Part shown: positions 7,793-17,087 of the stretch, piece by piece
Position numbering within the stretch: position 1 is the first letter of the stretch
How the letters are laid out: the number at the start of each line of letters is the position of its first letter
NCBI GenBank assembly: GCA_947493265.1
Contig: CANLQL010000003.1
Location: 500,485 to 564,484 of the forward strand
Origin: an uncultured Litoreibacter sp.
GTDB taxonomy: Bacteria; Pseudomonadota; Alphaproteobacteria; Rhodobacterales; Rhodobacteraceae
DNA length: 64,000 nucleotides
Direction: 5' to 3'
Notes under the pieces: generated by a model
Databases searched by the model: none
What the model was told of the DNA's origin: nothing
What the model saw: the letters and a program-made list of their open reading frames with translations, nothing else
Translations under genes and position numbers: made by a program

Positions 7793-9154
7793 TCAATCGG
7801 CAGATTCCCGCGCACCGATTCGCAATTTGATGCCATTTCTTGACCTGACTGTCAGATGCGCTTCCGGAATCGGGCGGTTCAGGGCCTCTACCTGATACTC
7901 CCGCAGCAGCATTGACAGCATCAACGGTCCTTCCAGCATTGCAAAACCTGCACCTGGGCAAACACGCGCGCCTTTGGAAAATGGCAGATACGCGCCGCGC
8001 GGGCAGGCTTTCGGCGCATCAGAACTCCAGCGTCCCGGATCAAACCCGTCAGGATTGTCCCAATGCCGCGTGTGGCGATGCAGATGCCAGGGCGAGATTA
8101 CAATCTGTGCCCCCTTGCCCAAATCACGCGCTCGGAAGGTTTCACCAGTTTGCGCTGCCTCACGCACCATCATGGGAACTGGGGGATAGAGCCGAAGCGT
8201 TTCGCGAAATACATCGCGGCTAACTTTCAGTTTGGCCACAGACGCGAAGGTCGGGTCCTCCCCCAACAGTTGCGCCTCTTGTGCAAGTTTGTCCTGCCAT
8301 TGCGGGTGCGTTGCCAAGAGATAGAGCGCCCAGGCCAAAGCACTGGCGCTGGTCTCATGGCCTGCAAGAAAAAAGATCGCGACCTGATCGATCATCTCCT
8401 CGGTGGAAAACACCTCACCGGTTTCCGGGTCTTTCGTGGTCATGATCTTGGTCGCCAGATCATCAGGTGCAGTTCCCGCCGCGATCTGGGCCTGCCGCGC
8501 TTGCGTCAGCGCTGCAATCAACCCGCGAATTTCGCCTGCGATGGCACGGGTTTTGCGTGGCAGAATATTGGGCAGCCATTTCGGCCAGGGTGCCAGCGCC
8601 CGAAGATTCACGATCGGCTGCAGTCGTTGATAAGCGCGAAACAGGCGGTAGACCTTTGCGGCAGTCTCATCTTCGATCGGGACAGAAAACAGTGTGCGGA
8701 AGATAATGTCAGCCGCCAGGAAGCTGGCCATTTCCTCGGCCTCGATCACGGCCCCCGGTGTGAGACGGGCCAATGCTGCACGGCCGGCATCCTGCATGGC
8801 CGCGAAATTGTCCCGCAACCGACCGCCTTCGAAAGCAGGATCAATGATGCGGCGTTGGCGTTGCCATGTGTCCCCATTGGTCAGAAAGACAGAGTTGCCC
8901 AAAAGCGGGCGCAGCCCCTCCCCCACGCGGTCACTTTTGGGAAAGGCCAGTGGACGGTCTTGCAGAATTTCCGCAATCAATTCGGGTTCGTTGATCAGAA
9001 AACTGCGAAAGAGCGGCGTTTTGAACTCCGCCATCCGGGCCTTGTACAGTTTTTCCGGCTGCGCCGAGAGGATGTCACGCCGAAACAACTGAATATATTT
9101 CCAAAGCGCCACTTTGTCGGCGCGCGCAGGCGGTTTGGGGGGCAGTTCCGTCAT
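7793..9154 (-). CDS. Cytochrome P450
   Basis: Track ORF 7793..9226 was trimmed to the ATG at 9154 (MTELPPKPP...), just after the upstream gene's stop. It has the heme-thiolate loop FSKGARVCPGAGFA, the ExxR motif (ETLRLYPP) and AGHETSA in the I-helix. Confidence 0.9.
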   Translation of the reverse strand: MTELPPKPPARADKVALWKYIQLFRRDILSAQPEKLYKARMAEFKTPLFRSFLINEPELIAEILQDRPLAFPKSDRVGEGLRPLLGNSVFLTNGDTWQRQRRIIDPAFEGGRLRDNFAAMQDAGRAALARLTPGAVIEAEEMASFLAADIIFRTLFSVPIEDETAAKVYRLFRAYQRLQPIVNLRALAPWPKWLPNILPRKTRAIAGEIRGLIAALTQARQAQIAAGTAPDDLATKIMTTKDPETGEVFSTEEMIDQVAIFFLAGHETSASALAWALYLLATHPQWQDKLAQEAQLLGEDPTFASVAKLKVSRDVFRETLRLYPPVPMMVREAAQTGETFRARDLGKGAQIVISPWHLHRHTRHWDNPDGFDPGRWSSDAPKACPRGAYLPFSKGARVCPGAGFAMLEGPLMLSMLLREYQVEALNRPIPEAHLTVRSRNGIKLRIGARESAD

Positions 9155-9158
9155 CGCG

Positions 9159-10418
9159 TTAACCAAGCGACGTGTATTTTGACGCCGCCACATCAATGCG
9201 CGATGCGGACGGGGCGCGGCCCTCAAAGCGGTCTTTCAAAGTTTGCCGTCCTGCCGTGATAAGAAAGTAATCATAGTCGCCGGGCCTATCAAAGGCGCAT
9301 AGATATTGGAAATGCAGGCGGAAGAACCGCCACCGCAGCGCTTTCCAGCGCGCGGGGCTGAGCGTCTTGGTGAAGGCCGCTGAAATCACCAGCGGCCAAA
9401 GCTTTCCCTTGGGCTCCACGCCTGTGACACTGACGGGATCACAAAGCGCAAAAGCACAGCCGTCACCGGGGGCAGTGACATCCACCCAGGTCAGATCAGG
9501 TCGCGCGCTTAGGAAATGCAGGTCGGATCGCAACCGGGTTGCTTTAGGCAGAAAACTCATCATCGGGACGACTTGGCCAAGGCTGAGAAACGCAAGTGCG
9601 GGTTGGCCAGGACGAAGCTGCGCGTCCCGAAGCAAATCTGACAGAACTGAGATCGCCAAATGCGCCCCGGAGGAATGCCCGATAACCAGAACCTCATCCA
9701 GATCGTCTTGCAAGGCTGCTGCGATTTCTTCGCGGAACGCGGCCATGCGGGCTTCCAGTTCAGGCGGATTGGCCCCTTTCCAACGGGCGGCGAACGCGTA
9801 GTCATGCATCAGGTAATGCGCGAAAATCTTGCCGTCTTTTTGACGAAACCAACGCAAGGTCAGCCAAAGGACAGCCACGCCCAGCGCAAGGCTGATCAAA
9901 CCACGGACCCCAAACAGTGGTCCAAAAAGTTGCGGTCCATAGATCAGCTCAATCAGTTTGTGCATCAGCCAGGCGCTAAGTTCCGCGCTAAACTTTGCCG
10001 CCACCAGCGCAAGGATCAGCTGCAGGATCAAGACACCGACTGGGTATAGGGCTGCAATGATTGGACCTTTGCGCAGCCACATCAGGCGACGCAACGCACC
10101 TGTGGTGACGTAAATCCACGCGGTGGTGATCAATTGCCAATAGGTACGCAAGATGCCGGACGACATGCTGGACTGTACGATGTCGGACCAGACTAGGACT
10201 TTGAACGTGCTTTCCGTTTCACTACCATCTATCTGACCGAACGCTTTCCAACTGGTGGCATCGCCATCTGTCGCGACAAGGTCGATCTTGTAGTTGCTGA
10301 TTGCTGCTTGGGCCGCACCCTCTTTTCGGTACAACTCCCGGTAGCGCCGAGGCGGGAACGGATCGTAGCCCGGAATGTAGAACACCTTGCGGCGTCTGAC
10401 AGGAGCGGTCTGCGGCAT
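9159..10418 (-). CDS. Hypothetical membrane protein with an alpha/beta-hydrolase-like GHSSG motif
   Basis: 419 aa from the ATG at 10418; the track start at 10421 is TTG. The central region has several hydrophobic helices. VLVIGHSSGAH resembles a nucleophile elbow (GxSxG). It ends 4 nt before the P450 start, so the two are probably one operon. Confidence 0.55.
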   Translation of the reverse strand: MPQTAPVRRRKVFYIPGYDPFPPRRYRELYRKEGAAQAAISNYKIDLVATDGDATSWKAFGQIDGSETESTFKVLVWSDIVQSSMSSGILRTYWQLITTAWIYVTTGALRRLMWLRKGPIIAALYPVGVLILQLILALVAAKFSAELSAWLMHKLIELIYGPQLFGPLFGVRGLISLALGVAVLWLTLRWFRQKDGKIFAHYLMHDYAFAARWKGANPPELEARMAAFREEIAAALQDDLDEVLVIGHSSGAHLAISVLSDLLRDAQLRPGQPALAFLSLGQVVPMMSFLPKATRLRSDLHFLSARPDLTWVDVTAPGDGCAFALCDPVSVTGVEPKGKLWPLVISAAFTKTLSPARWKALRWRFFRLHFQYLCAFDRPGDYDYFLITAGRQTLKDRFEGRAPSASRIDVAASKYTSLG

Positions 10419-10535
10419 CAAAGCCCTCTTCTGAGTGGTCGCCTGATCTTAGTGCGACAAATTTGACAAAGTAAAAAGGTATGATCGCATCGGTCACGGA
10501 TGGACAAGCCAAGTGTCGCCGCGTAGCCATAGCCT

Positions 10536-10769
10536 ATGGATCATGATGCAGAACTCGATGCGCTGGGATTACTTTGTCCCCTGCCCGTGCTGAAAGCGCG
10601 CAAACGGCTGGACGCGCTGCAGCCCGGTCAGGTTCTGAAGGTGATTGCCGATGATCCGGCCGCGATCATCGACGTCCCGCATTTCTGCCATGAACAAGGC
10701 CATGAGCTGATCTCACAAGCTGATGTCCCGGATGGTCAGGTCTATCTGATCCGCAAGGCCGCGCGCTAA
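10536..10769 (+). CDS. TusA/SirA-family sulfurtransferase-like protein
   Basis: 77 aa. DALGLLCPLPVLKARKRL contains the CPxP active-site motif. Confidence 0.85.
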   Translation: MDHDAELDALGLLCPLPVLKARKRLDALQPGQVLKVIADDPAAIIDVPHFCHEQGHELISQADVPDGQVYLIRKAAR

Positions 10770-10778
10770 CCAATCGTT

Positions 10779-13700
10779 TTATTCTGCCGCCTGCTTGGTT
10801 GAGGATGGGTCTTGGGTCAGTGCTGCAAGCAATTCTTCCCGCCGTTTCGCCGCCGCTTTTTCATTGGCATCTTTTACGGGACCAAAGCCACGGATCTGCA
10901 AGGGCAGTTCTGCCAGCGCAACTGCGGCATCGGGATTTGTCGCCTTTTTTCGAAGCAGTAGCCCCATGTCTTTTTCGTATTGCTTGATCAACTTGCGTTC
11001 CATCTTCCGTTCCGCGGTATAGCCAAACGGATCCAACGGTGTGCCGCGTAGCCGCTTCATCTTTGCGAGCACCCGAAACGCCTTGCCGATCCACGGACCA
11101 AATTCGCGTTTTGCAGGGCGTCCGTCAGAACCAGGTTTTGACAGCATCGGGGGTGCAAGGTGGTAGGTCAGTTCGACATCGCCTGCGAATTCGGCGCGCA
11201 CTTTCGCTTCGGTGTCCAGATGCAGGCGCGCGACCTCATATTCATCCTTGTAGCTGAGCAGTTTGTGATACCCCTTCGCGACGGCTTCTTTCAGCTTGGG
11301 ATCATCAAATTTGTCCAGCATCTTCGTGTAGCGTTTCGCCAGCCGCGCGGATTGGTAGTCCTTCAAATGGTCCACTCGAAACGCAATCTTGTCCTCAAGT
11401 GTTTTGGGAAGATGGGCCACATTGTCTTGCACATGGCGCGCGGCGTCTTGTGGGAACAGGACCGCCCAGCGCCCGAGATTGAACGCTTCAAGATTTCGCT
11501 TCGGAGCCGCGCCATTCAACTCAATCGCCTGGCCAATGGCCTGCAGGCTGAGCGGTATCAGACCGTTCTGCCAAGCGGCCCCAAAGATCATCATGTTGGA
11601 GAAGATGGAATCCCCCAGCAGCGCTTTCGACAGGTCGGAGGCATCGAAGAAAGCGACATCGCCTTGCAAACGCGCCTCCAAAGCAAGTTGCAGGCGGTCA
11701 TGAGGGATTGCGAACTCGGTGTCCCGCGTGAAATCCCCTGTGATAATATCGTGGCTGTTGACGACGCCCTTGGTCCGCCCGGTTTTCATCAACCCCAGCG
11801 TTTTGGCCCCAGCGGACACGACCAGATCGCCCCCGATCAGCGCATCGCATTCCCCGGTGGCCACCCGAATGGCGGTGATGTCCTCGGGGCGTTCTGCCAG
11901 TCTGCAATGAATGTGAACCGCCCCCCCTTTTTGGGCGAGGCCTGCCATCTCCATCATGCCAGCACCTTTGCCATCAAGATGGGCGGCCATCGCCAGTACA
12001 GCGCCGATAGTCACAACACCGGTCCCACCGACGCCGGTGATCACCACGTTATGGGTTCCGTTAATTTGTGGAAGATCAGGTGCAGGAAGGTCTGGAAGCT
12101 CTACAGTTCCAGTGGCTTCTTTGCGGATTTCGGCCCCTTTGACAGTAACGAAAGACGGGCAGAAGCCGTTCACACAGGAAAAATCCTTGTTGCACGAGCT
12201 TTGATCAATCGCGCGTTTGCGCCCAAGTTCCGTTTCCGCAGGAACGATGGAGACGCAATTGGACTGCACGCCGCAATCCCCGCAGCCTTCGCAAACATCG
12301 GTATTGATAAAGACCCGCTTATCGGGATCAGGAAATTTCCCGCGCTTTCTGCGACGGCGTTTTTCAGCGGCGCAAGTTTGGATATAGACAATCGCCGTTG
12401 TGCCTTCCGTCTTGGCCAGCCGGTTCTGAACCGTCTGCAATTCTGCACGCTCATAGGTTTTCACCCCTTTGAAAGCAGCCAGATCGACGTCTTCTTTGTC
12501 GTCATAGACAACCACGACCTCGGGCAGACCGATCCCTTGCAGTTCCTTGACGATGCGCACCGCATCCAATCCGCCTTCATTGGATTGTCCGCCTGTCATG
12601 GCGACAGCGTCATTAAACAGGACTTTGTAGGTAATGTTGGTGCCTGCCGCGTGGGCCGCGCGGATCGCTTGGATGCCAGAATGGTTATATGTACCGTCGC
12701 CTAGGTTCTGGAACACGTGACCGCGGGTGGAAAACGGGGCCTCCCCGATCCAGTTCGCTCCTTCCGCCCCCATATGCGTGAAGCCAGAGGTTTCGCGGTC
12801 CATCCATTGCACCATGAAATGACAGCCAATGCCCGCATATGCGCGGGAGCCGTCGGGCACTTTGGTCGATGAGTTGTGCGGACAACCTGAGCAGAAATAC
12901 GGAAGACGCGCAGCGATTTCCTGCGCGTTGTCAGATTTCCGAGCTTCGGCCAAGGTCGCCATCCCGGCCAGAATACGGTCGGTGTTGCGACCCTCTTCGA
13001 CAAGGATACCGCCGATCTTTTCGGCAATGGTGACCGGGTCCAACGCAAATCGCGTTTCAAACAGTTCTTCGGCATGAATACCGCCTTTACGCCAGCCATA
13101 GACACGCCGCCCGGCGCGCACATCAAACAGCACTTCCTTGATCTGCACTTCCAATAGCTTGCGCTTTTCCTCGACCACGACGATCAAGTCGAGCCCGTCC
13201 GCCCAGTCGTTGAAGCCATCCATATCTAGCGGAAAGGTTTGACCGACCTTGTAGGTGGTAATGCCCAAACGCTCTGCCTCGGCGGCGTCGATTCCCAGCA
13301 GCGTCAGCGCATGTCCAAGATCAAGCCAGTTCTTTCCTGCAGCAACAAATCCGATCTTGGCACCCGGCTTGCCCAGAACGCGTTTGTCGATCTTATTGGC
13401 TTTTGAAAACGCCTCTGCCGCGAACCGCTTGTAGTCGATGACGCGGGCCTCTTGTGGGATCCAGTGGTCTCCGAGGCGGATGTTCAGACCACCCTCCGGC
13501 ATCTCAAATTCCGGAAGCTTGATCTGCATCCGATCAAGGGAGCCGTCGACGACCGAGGTTGCCTCCACAGTGTCTTTCATCAGCTTCAACCCGGACCACA
13601 GCCCGGTGAAACGCGACATCGCAATGCCGTAGATCCCGTAGTCTAGGATTTCCTGCACACCGGCAGGTGACAGCACCGGCATATACACATCGACCATCGC

Positions 13701-14183
13701 CCAATCAGATTGGTGGCAGGTTGTGGAACTTTCGCCGGTGTGGTCATCACCCATCGCCATCAAGACGCCACCATGTTTTGAGCTGCCGGCCATATTGGCG
13801 TGCCGCATCACATCGCCGGACCGGTCCACCCCCGGCCCTTTGCCGTACCAAAGGCCGAATACGCCATCAAACTTGCCTTCACCGCGCAGCTCTGCCTGTT
13901 GCGCGCCCCACAGCGCGGTTGCAGCAAGGTCTTCGTTCAAACCGGGCTGAAAGGTGATGTCGGAGGCGGTTAGGAGTTTCTCGGCGCGCATCATCTGCTG
14001 ATCAACAGCACCTAGCGGGGAGCCGCGATAGCCGGTGACAAGACCCGCTGTGTTCAACCCAGCAGCTTTATCAATTGCCTTTTGCATCAGCATCAAGCGA
14101 ACCAGCGCCTGCGTCCCGTTCATCAGAACCGGAGATTTCTCCAGATCGTAGCGGTCGCTCAAAGACACATCATGCTTAACCAT
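10779..14183 (-). CDS. Indolepyruvate ferredoxin oxidoreductase family protein (fused alpha/beta 2-oxoacid:ferredoxin oxidoreductase)
   Basis: 1134 aa with a TPP-binding N-terminal region, the ferredoxin-type cluster CEGCGDCGVQSNC and a gamma-like C-terminal domain. Confidence 0.9.
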   Translation of the reverse strand: MVKHDVSLSDRYDLEKSPVLMNGTQALVRLMLMQKAIDKAAGLNTAGLVTGYRGSPLGAVDQQMMRAEKLLTASDITFQPGLNEDLAATALWGAQQAELRGEGKFDGVFGLWYGKGPGVDRSGDVMRHANMAGSSKHGGVLMAMGDDHTGESSTTCHQSDWAMVDVYMPVLSPAGVQEILDYGIYGIAMSRFTGLWSGLKLMKDTVEATSVVDGSLDRMQIKLPEFEMPEGGLNIRLGDHWIPQEARVIDYKRFAAEAFSKANKIDKRVLGKPGAKIGFVAAGKNWLDLGHALTLLGIDAAEAERLGITTYKVGQTFPLDMDGFNDWADGLDLIVVVEEKRKLLEVQIKEVLFDVRAGRRVYGWRKGGIHAEELFETRFALDPVTIAEKIGGILVEEGRNTDRILAGMATLAEARKSDNAQEIAARLPYFCSGCPHNSSTKVPDGSRAYAGIGCHFMVQWMDRETSGFTHMGAEGANWIGEAPFSTRGHVFQNLGDGTYNHSGIQAIRAAHAAGTNITYKVLFNDAVAMTGGQSNEGGLDAVRIVKELQGIGLPEVVVVYDDKEDVDLAAFKGVKTYERAELQTVQNRLAKTEGTTAIVYIQTCAAEKRRRRKRGKFPDPDKRVFINTDVCEGCGDCGVQSNCVSIVPAETELGRKRAIDQSSCNKDFSCVNGFCPSFVTVKGAEIRKEATGTVELPDLPAPDLPQINGTHNVVITGVGGTGVVTIGAVLAMAAHLDGKGAGMMEMAGLAQKGGAVHIHCRLAERPEDITAIRVATGECDALIGGDLVVSAGAKTLGLMKTGRTKGVVNSHDIITGDFTRDTEFAIPHDRLQLALEARLQGDVAFFDASDLSKALLGDSIFSNMMIFGAAWQNGLIPLSLQAIGQAIELNGAAPKRNLEAFNLGRWAVLFPQDAARHVQDNVAHLPKTLEDKIAFRVDHLKDYQSARLAKRYTKMLDKFDDPKLKEAVAKGYHKLLSYKDEYEVARLHLDTEAKVRAEFAGDVELTYHLAPPMLSKPGSDGRPAKREFGPWIGKAFRVLAKMKRLRGTPLDPFGYTAERKMERKLIKQYEKDMGLLLRKKATNPDAAVALAELPLQIRGFGPVKDANEKAAAKRREELLAALTQDPSSTKQAAE

Positions 14184-14230
14184 TGTGCAACTCCCTGCTG
14201 TGTCGCCCTCCTCGGCGCTAATTTCGATAA

Positions 14231-14251
14231 TAGGTCAAATATCCTGACCTA
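14231..14251. promoter_or_regulatory. Perfect inverted repeat, candidate LysR-type operator
   Basis: TAGGTCA-AATATCC-TGACCTA lies in the divergent region between the oxidoreductase (start 14183) and the LysR gene (start 14376). Confidence 0.4.
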
Positions 14252-14375
14252 CAACAGTTATTTTTGACTGGAAATCAATCTTTGCAGTCCAGACATAACA
14301 TAGAGTAGAACCCGCAACCAAAGACGACACTGATTATCGCGTGTTTTTGAAAGCTATTGAACAGGCTGGCTTCTG

Positions 14376-15269
14376 ATGGATTGGGACAAGTTAAGAATAT
14401 TTCACGCGGTTGCGGATGCTGGCAGTCTGACCCATGCCGGCGATATTCTGCATCTGTCGCAATCGGCCGTGTCACGCCAAATCCGGGGGCTTGAAGAGTC
14501 GCTGAATGCGACGTTGTTTCACCGACATGCACGTGGATTGATCCTGACCGAACAAGGTGAATTGCTGTTCGACGCGACCAAATCGATCACCAAGCGCCTT
14601 GATGCTGCGTCTGCCCGGATCCGCGACAGCGAGGAAGAGGTTTTTGGCGAGCTGCGCGTAACCACGACGATTGGCTTTGGTTCTCTCTGGCTGGCCCCGC
14701 GCCTATCGACGCTTTATGCTGACTTTCCTGATCTCAATATTGACTTGATGCTGGAAGAACGGGTGCTTGATTTGCCCATGCGGGAAGCAGATGTCGCGAT
14801 CCGGATGAAAGAGCCCAGCCAGGCCGATCTGGTGCGCAAACGCTTGATGAGTGTGCGCATGCAGCTTTTCGCCAGCCCGGCCTACCTTGAAAAGCATGGT
14901 ATGCCGTCGCGGATGGATGATCTTCGCGACCACAGGCTAATCTGCCAAAACATCGATTCCACACAAGTCAGCGCTGGCGCTATGCTGGTGCGCGAATTGA
15001 TGAGCTATGATTTGCCAAACCTGCTGACCGTGAACAACTACTTTGGGGTTTTGCAAGGTGTCGGGCATGGCTTGGGGATCGGTGTGCTTCCAGACTACAC
15101 TGCCACCGATAACGCGAACCTCGTGCGGGTCTTGCCGGATGTGGAATCAAATGAAGTGCCCGTATTCCTCGCCTACCCGGAAGAATTGCGCCATTCCAAA
15201 CGAATTGCCGCCTTCCGCGATTTCGTCGTGAGCGAAATTAATGAGCAAAAGCGCAAAAACGCTGCCTGA
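14376..15269 (+). CDS. LysR-family transcriptional regulator
   Basis: 297 aa with the N-terminal HTH motif FHAVADAGSLTHAGDILHLSQSAVSRQIRGLEESL and a substrate-binding domain. Confidence 0.9.
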   Translation: MDWDKLRIFHAVADAGSLTHAGDILHLSQSAVSRQIRGLEESLNATLFHRHARGLILTEQGELLFDATKSITKRLDAASARIRDSEEEVFGELRVTTTIGFGSLWLAPRLSTLYADFPDLNIDLMLEERVLDLPMREADVAIRMKEPSQADLVRKRLMSVRMQLFASPAYLEKHGMPSRMDDLRDHRLICQNIDSTQVSAGAMLVRELMSYDLPNLLTVNNYFGVLQGVGHGLGIGVLPDYTATDNANLVRVLPDVESNEVPVFLAYPEELRHSKRIAAFRDFVVSEINEQKRKNAA

Positions 15270-15372
15270 TCGTGCTTAAAAAATAAGCTATGCACGTACT
15301 GCATAGCGGGTATGCCGCCTTTTTGGGCAGGAAATACTTGAACGGTCATAGTGGCAGGCATATTTCATGTTC

Positions 15373-15442
15373 AGACAGCGGCAGAGATGCTGCTGACCTC
15401 CCTGTTGGACTAGGCCGAGCTTCGCGCTCGGCCTTTTTTTTT
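15373..15442 (+). ncRNA. Candidate small RNA (about 70 nt); the 5' end is inferred from a promoter-like motif
   Basis: Promoter-like TTGAAC (15338-43), 17-nt spacer, TATTTC (15361-66). Hairpin CAGCGGCA-GAGA-TGCTGCTG lies at 15376-15395. An unpaired CCTCCC at 15397-15402 could act as an anti-Shine-Dalgarno sequence. The element ends in an intrinsic terminator. No credible ORF is present. Confidence 0.4.
15413..15442 (+). terminator. Rho-independent terminator
   Basis: GGCCGAGC-TTCGC-GCTCGGCC forms an 8-bp GC-rich stem and is followed by nine T residues (15434-15442). Confidence 0.75.
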
Positions 15443-15573
15443 GCCCAATGGCGCTGAGATAACAGGCAAATTTGTCAAATTTTTGAAGAAAGCAGTTAAT
15501 TTTCTGATCTTTAGCCGTGCAACCCGGGGAAAACTTGGTAACTTACGTGACAACGTCAACTTGATAGGGTTTC

Positions 15574-15609
15574 TTAACGCTTTGTTTACCTATTTTAACT
15601 GAAAGTTAA
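15574..15609. promoter_or_regulatory. CtrA-box candidates upstream of a histidine kinase gene
   Basis: Canonical TTAACTGAAAGTTAA lies at 15595-15609, 61 bp before the ATG at 15670. A degenerate TTAACGCTTTGTTTA lies at 15574-15588. Both sit in an AT-rich intergenic region. Confidence 0.45.
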
Positions 15610-15669
15610 TATAAGGGATCGTATGTACCCGCTTAGCTTAGCGCGATTGCGCGGGTCAAAGGTAATGGA

Positions 15670-16977
15670 ATGTCAAAGTCTGGGGAGACCGACGACCTAA
15701 GAGAAATTTCGGCGATTATGTCGAGTCTCTATTCGTCGAAAAGCAACGAACTGATAAGCCGCGCGATTATCGTGACGGTCTTGTCGATCTTTGTTTGGGC
15801 GCTCTACGATCTCATCATCGTTCTGGCCTTCATGGTTCTGTATCTGATGAGCCTTGTGGTCGGCATCTATTTGACCCGAAAACTTGCGGCAACTTTGGAC
15901 CGTAACGTCCTGACACAAATATATATTTCCGATATCTTCCGCTACTTCCTTTACTATGCGCTGGCCGGGTTCATGTATCTCAGGCCGGAACCGATCCTGA
16001 ACGCTTTGGCCTTCGCGATGTTGGCCGGGACCGCGTTTAACGCATTGACCAAACGTAACCATATCCCTGCCCTGACGCTGATCGATTCCGTTTGCGTTTC
16101 GCTGGCGCTTTTGTGGTTTGGCTGGGGCGTGTCTGATCTGGCCGCTGGCCCGGGTGAAAGAATACTGATCTTCAGCATCGTTATCGCCGTGACCGCGTAT
16201 TTCAACGCCTGCCTCTTTGATGCGCTTCAGTCGAAAAGCGTTCTCGATATGGGCAGCAAGGAACGCGAGGACGCCAATTATTTTGAAGCCATTGGTCGCC
16301 TGACCGCCGGGATCGCCCATGATTTCAACAACATTCTAACCGCCGTCATGGGCAATCTTGAGCTGCTGCAAGAGGTCAAGGACCCGGTCGAAAAAGACCA
16401 ACTGGCGGTTGCCGCGCGTGACAGCGCCCACCGTGCATCAATTGTGACCGCTCAACTTCTGGCGTTCTCCCGACAAATGCCGCTTTTGCGCAAAACCATT
16501 GATCTTCCGGAATTCTTCGATGATTTCGCCCCGACTGTCGCTGCAATCCTACCCACCGGCGTCACGTGGGAACGCGATCTGCATGAAGGGCTTTGGCCTG
16601 TAGAGGTCGACCCGGATCAACTGACTGCTGCCCTGATTAACATCGTTGAAAACGCCCGCGACGCGATGCCAGACGGTGGCACTTTTACGATCTCGGCCAG
16701 AAATCAGATTGTCACATCAGAACCCGGCGGCAGGTTGCAGCCAGGACCTTATGTTGCGTTTGATCTCAAAGACACGGGCGTTGGAATTTCACCTGCGATC
16801 CTGCCACGCATTTTCGACCCGTTCTTCACGACCAAGCCGCCTGGCAAAAGTTCTGGCCTTGGTCTGTCGATGGCAAAGGGATTTGCCGCGCAGTCAGGTG
16901 GTAGCCTGCGGGTCGATAGCGTCGAAGGGCAAGGCACAACCTTCATGCTTGTCCTGCCCGCCGTCGTGACGGAATAA
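15670..16977 (+). CDS. Membrane-bound sensor histidine kinase (HisKA + HATPase_c)
   Basis: 435 aa. The N-terminal half has about 5-6 TM helices. The H-box is [22 protein letters not shown] and G boxes are present ([27 protein letters not shown]). Confidence 0.85.
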   Translation: MSKSGETDDLREISAIMSSLYSSKSNELISRAIIVTVLSIFVWALYDLIIVLAFMVLYLMSLVVGIYLTRKLAATLDRNVLTQIYISDIFRYFLYYALAGFMYLRPEPILNALAFAMLAGTAFNALTKRNHIPALTLIDSVCVSLALLWFGWGVSDLAAGPGERILIFSIVIAVTAYFNACLFDALQSKSVLDMGSKEREDANYFEAIGRLTAGIAHDFNNILTAVMGNLELLQEVKDPVEKDQLAVAARDSAHRASIVTAQLLAFSRQMPLLRKTIDLPEFFDDFAPTVAAILPTGVTWERDLHEGLWPVEVDPDQLTAALINIVENARDAMPDGGTFTISARNQIVTSEPGGRLQPGPYVAFDLKDTGVGISPAILPRIFDPFFTTKPPGKSSGLGLSMAKGFAAQSGGSLRVDSVEGQGTTFMLVLPAVVTE

Positions 16978-17087
16978 TCGCAGGCGTCGCAGGCGTCTCA
17001 CCCCAAAATTCTCCGATCCACTCTTTCCCCCCGTGGCCCACTGCAATAAGAGACATGCAAGCGACCACCATTGGGGAGACGGGCACG

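Noticed and set aside
15287-15307. Perfect hairpin GCTATGCA-CGTAC-TGCATAGC just after the LysR stop, as a terminator.
   Set aside because: No U-tract follows it. It may stabilise the LysR mRNA 3' end, but there is no further support.
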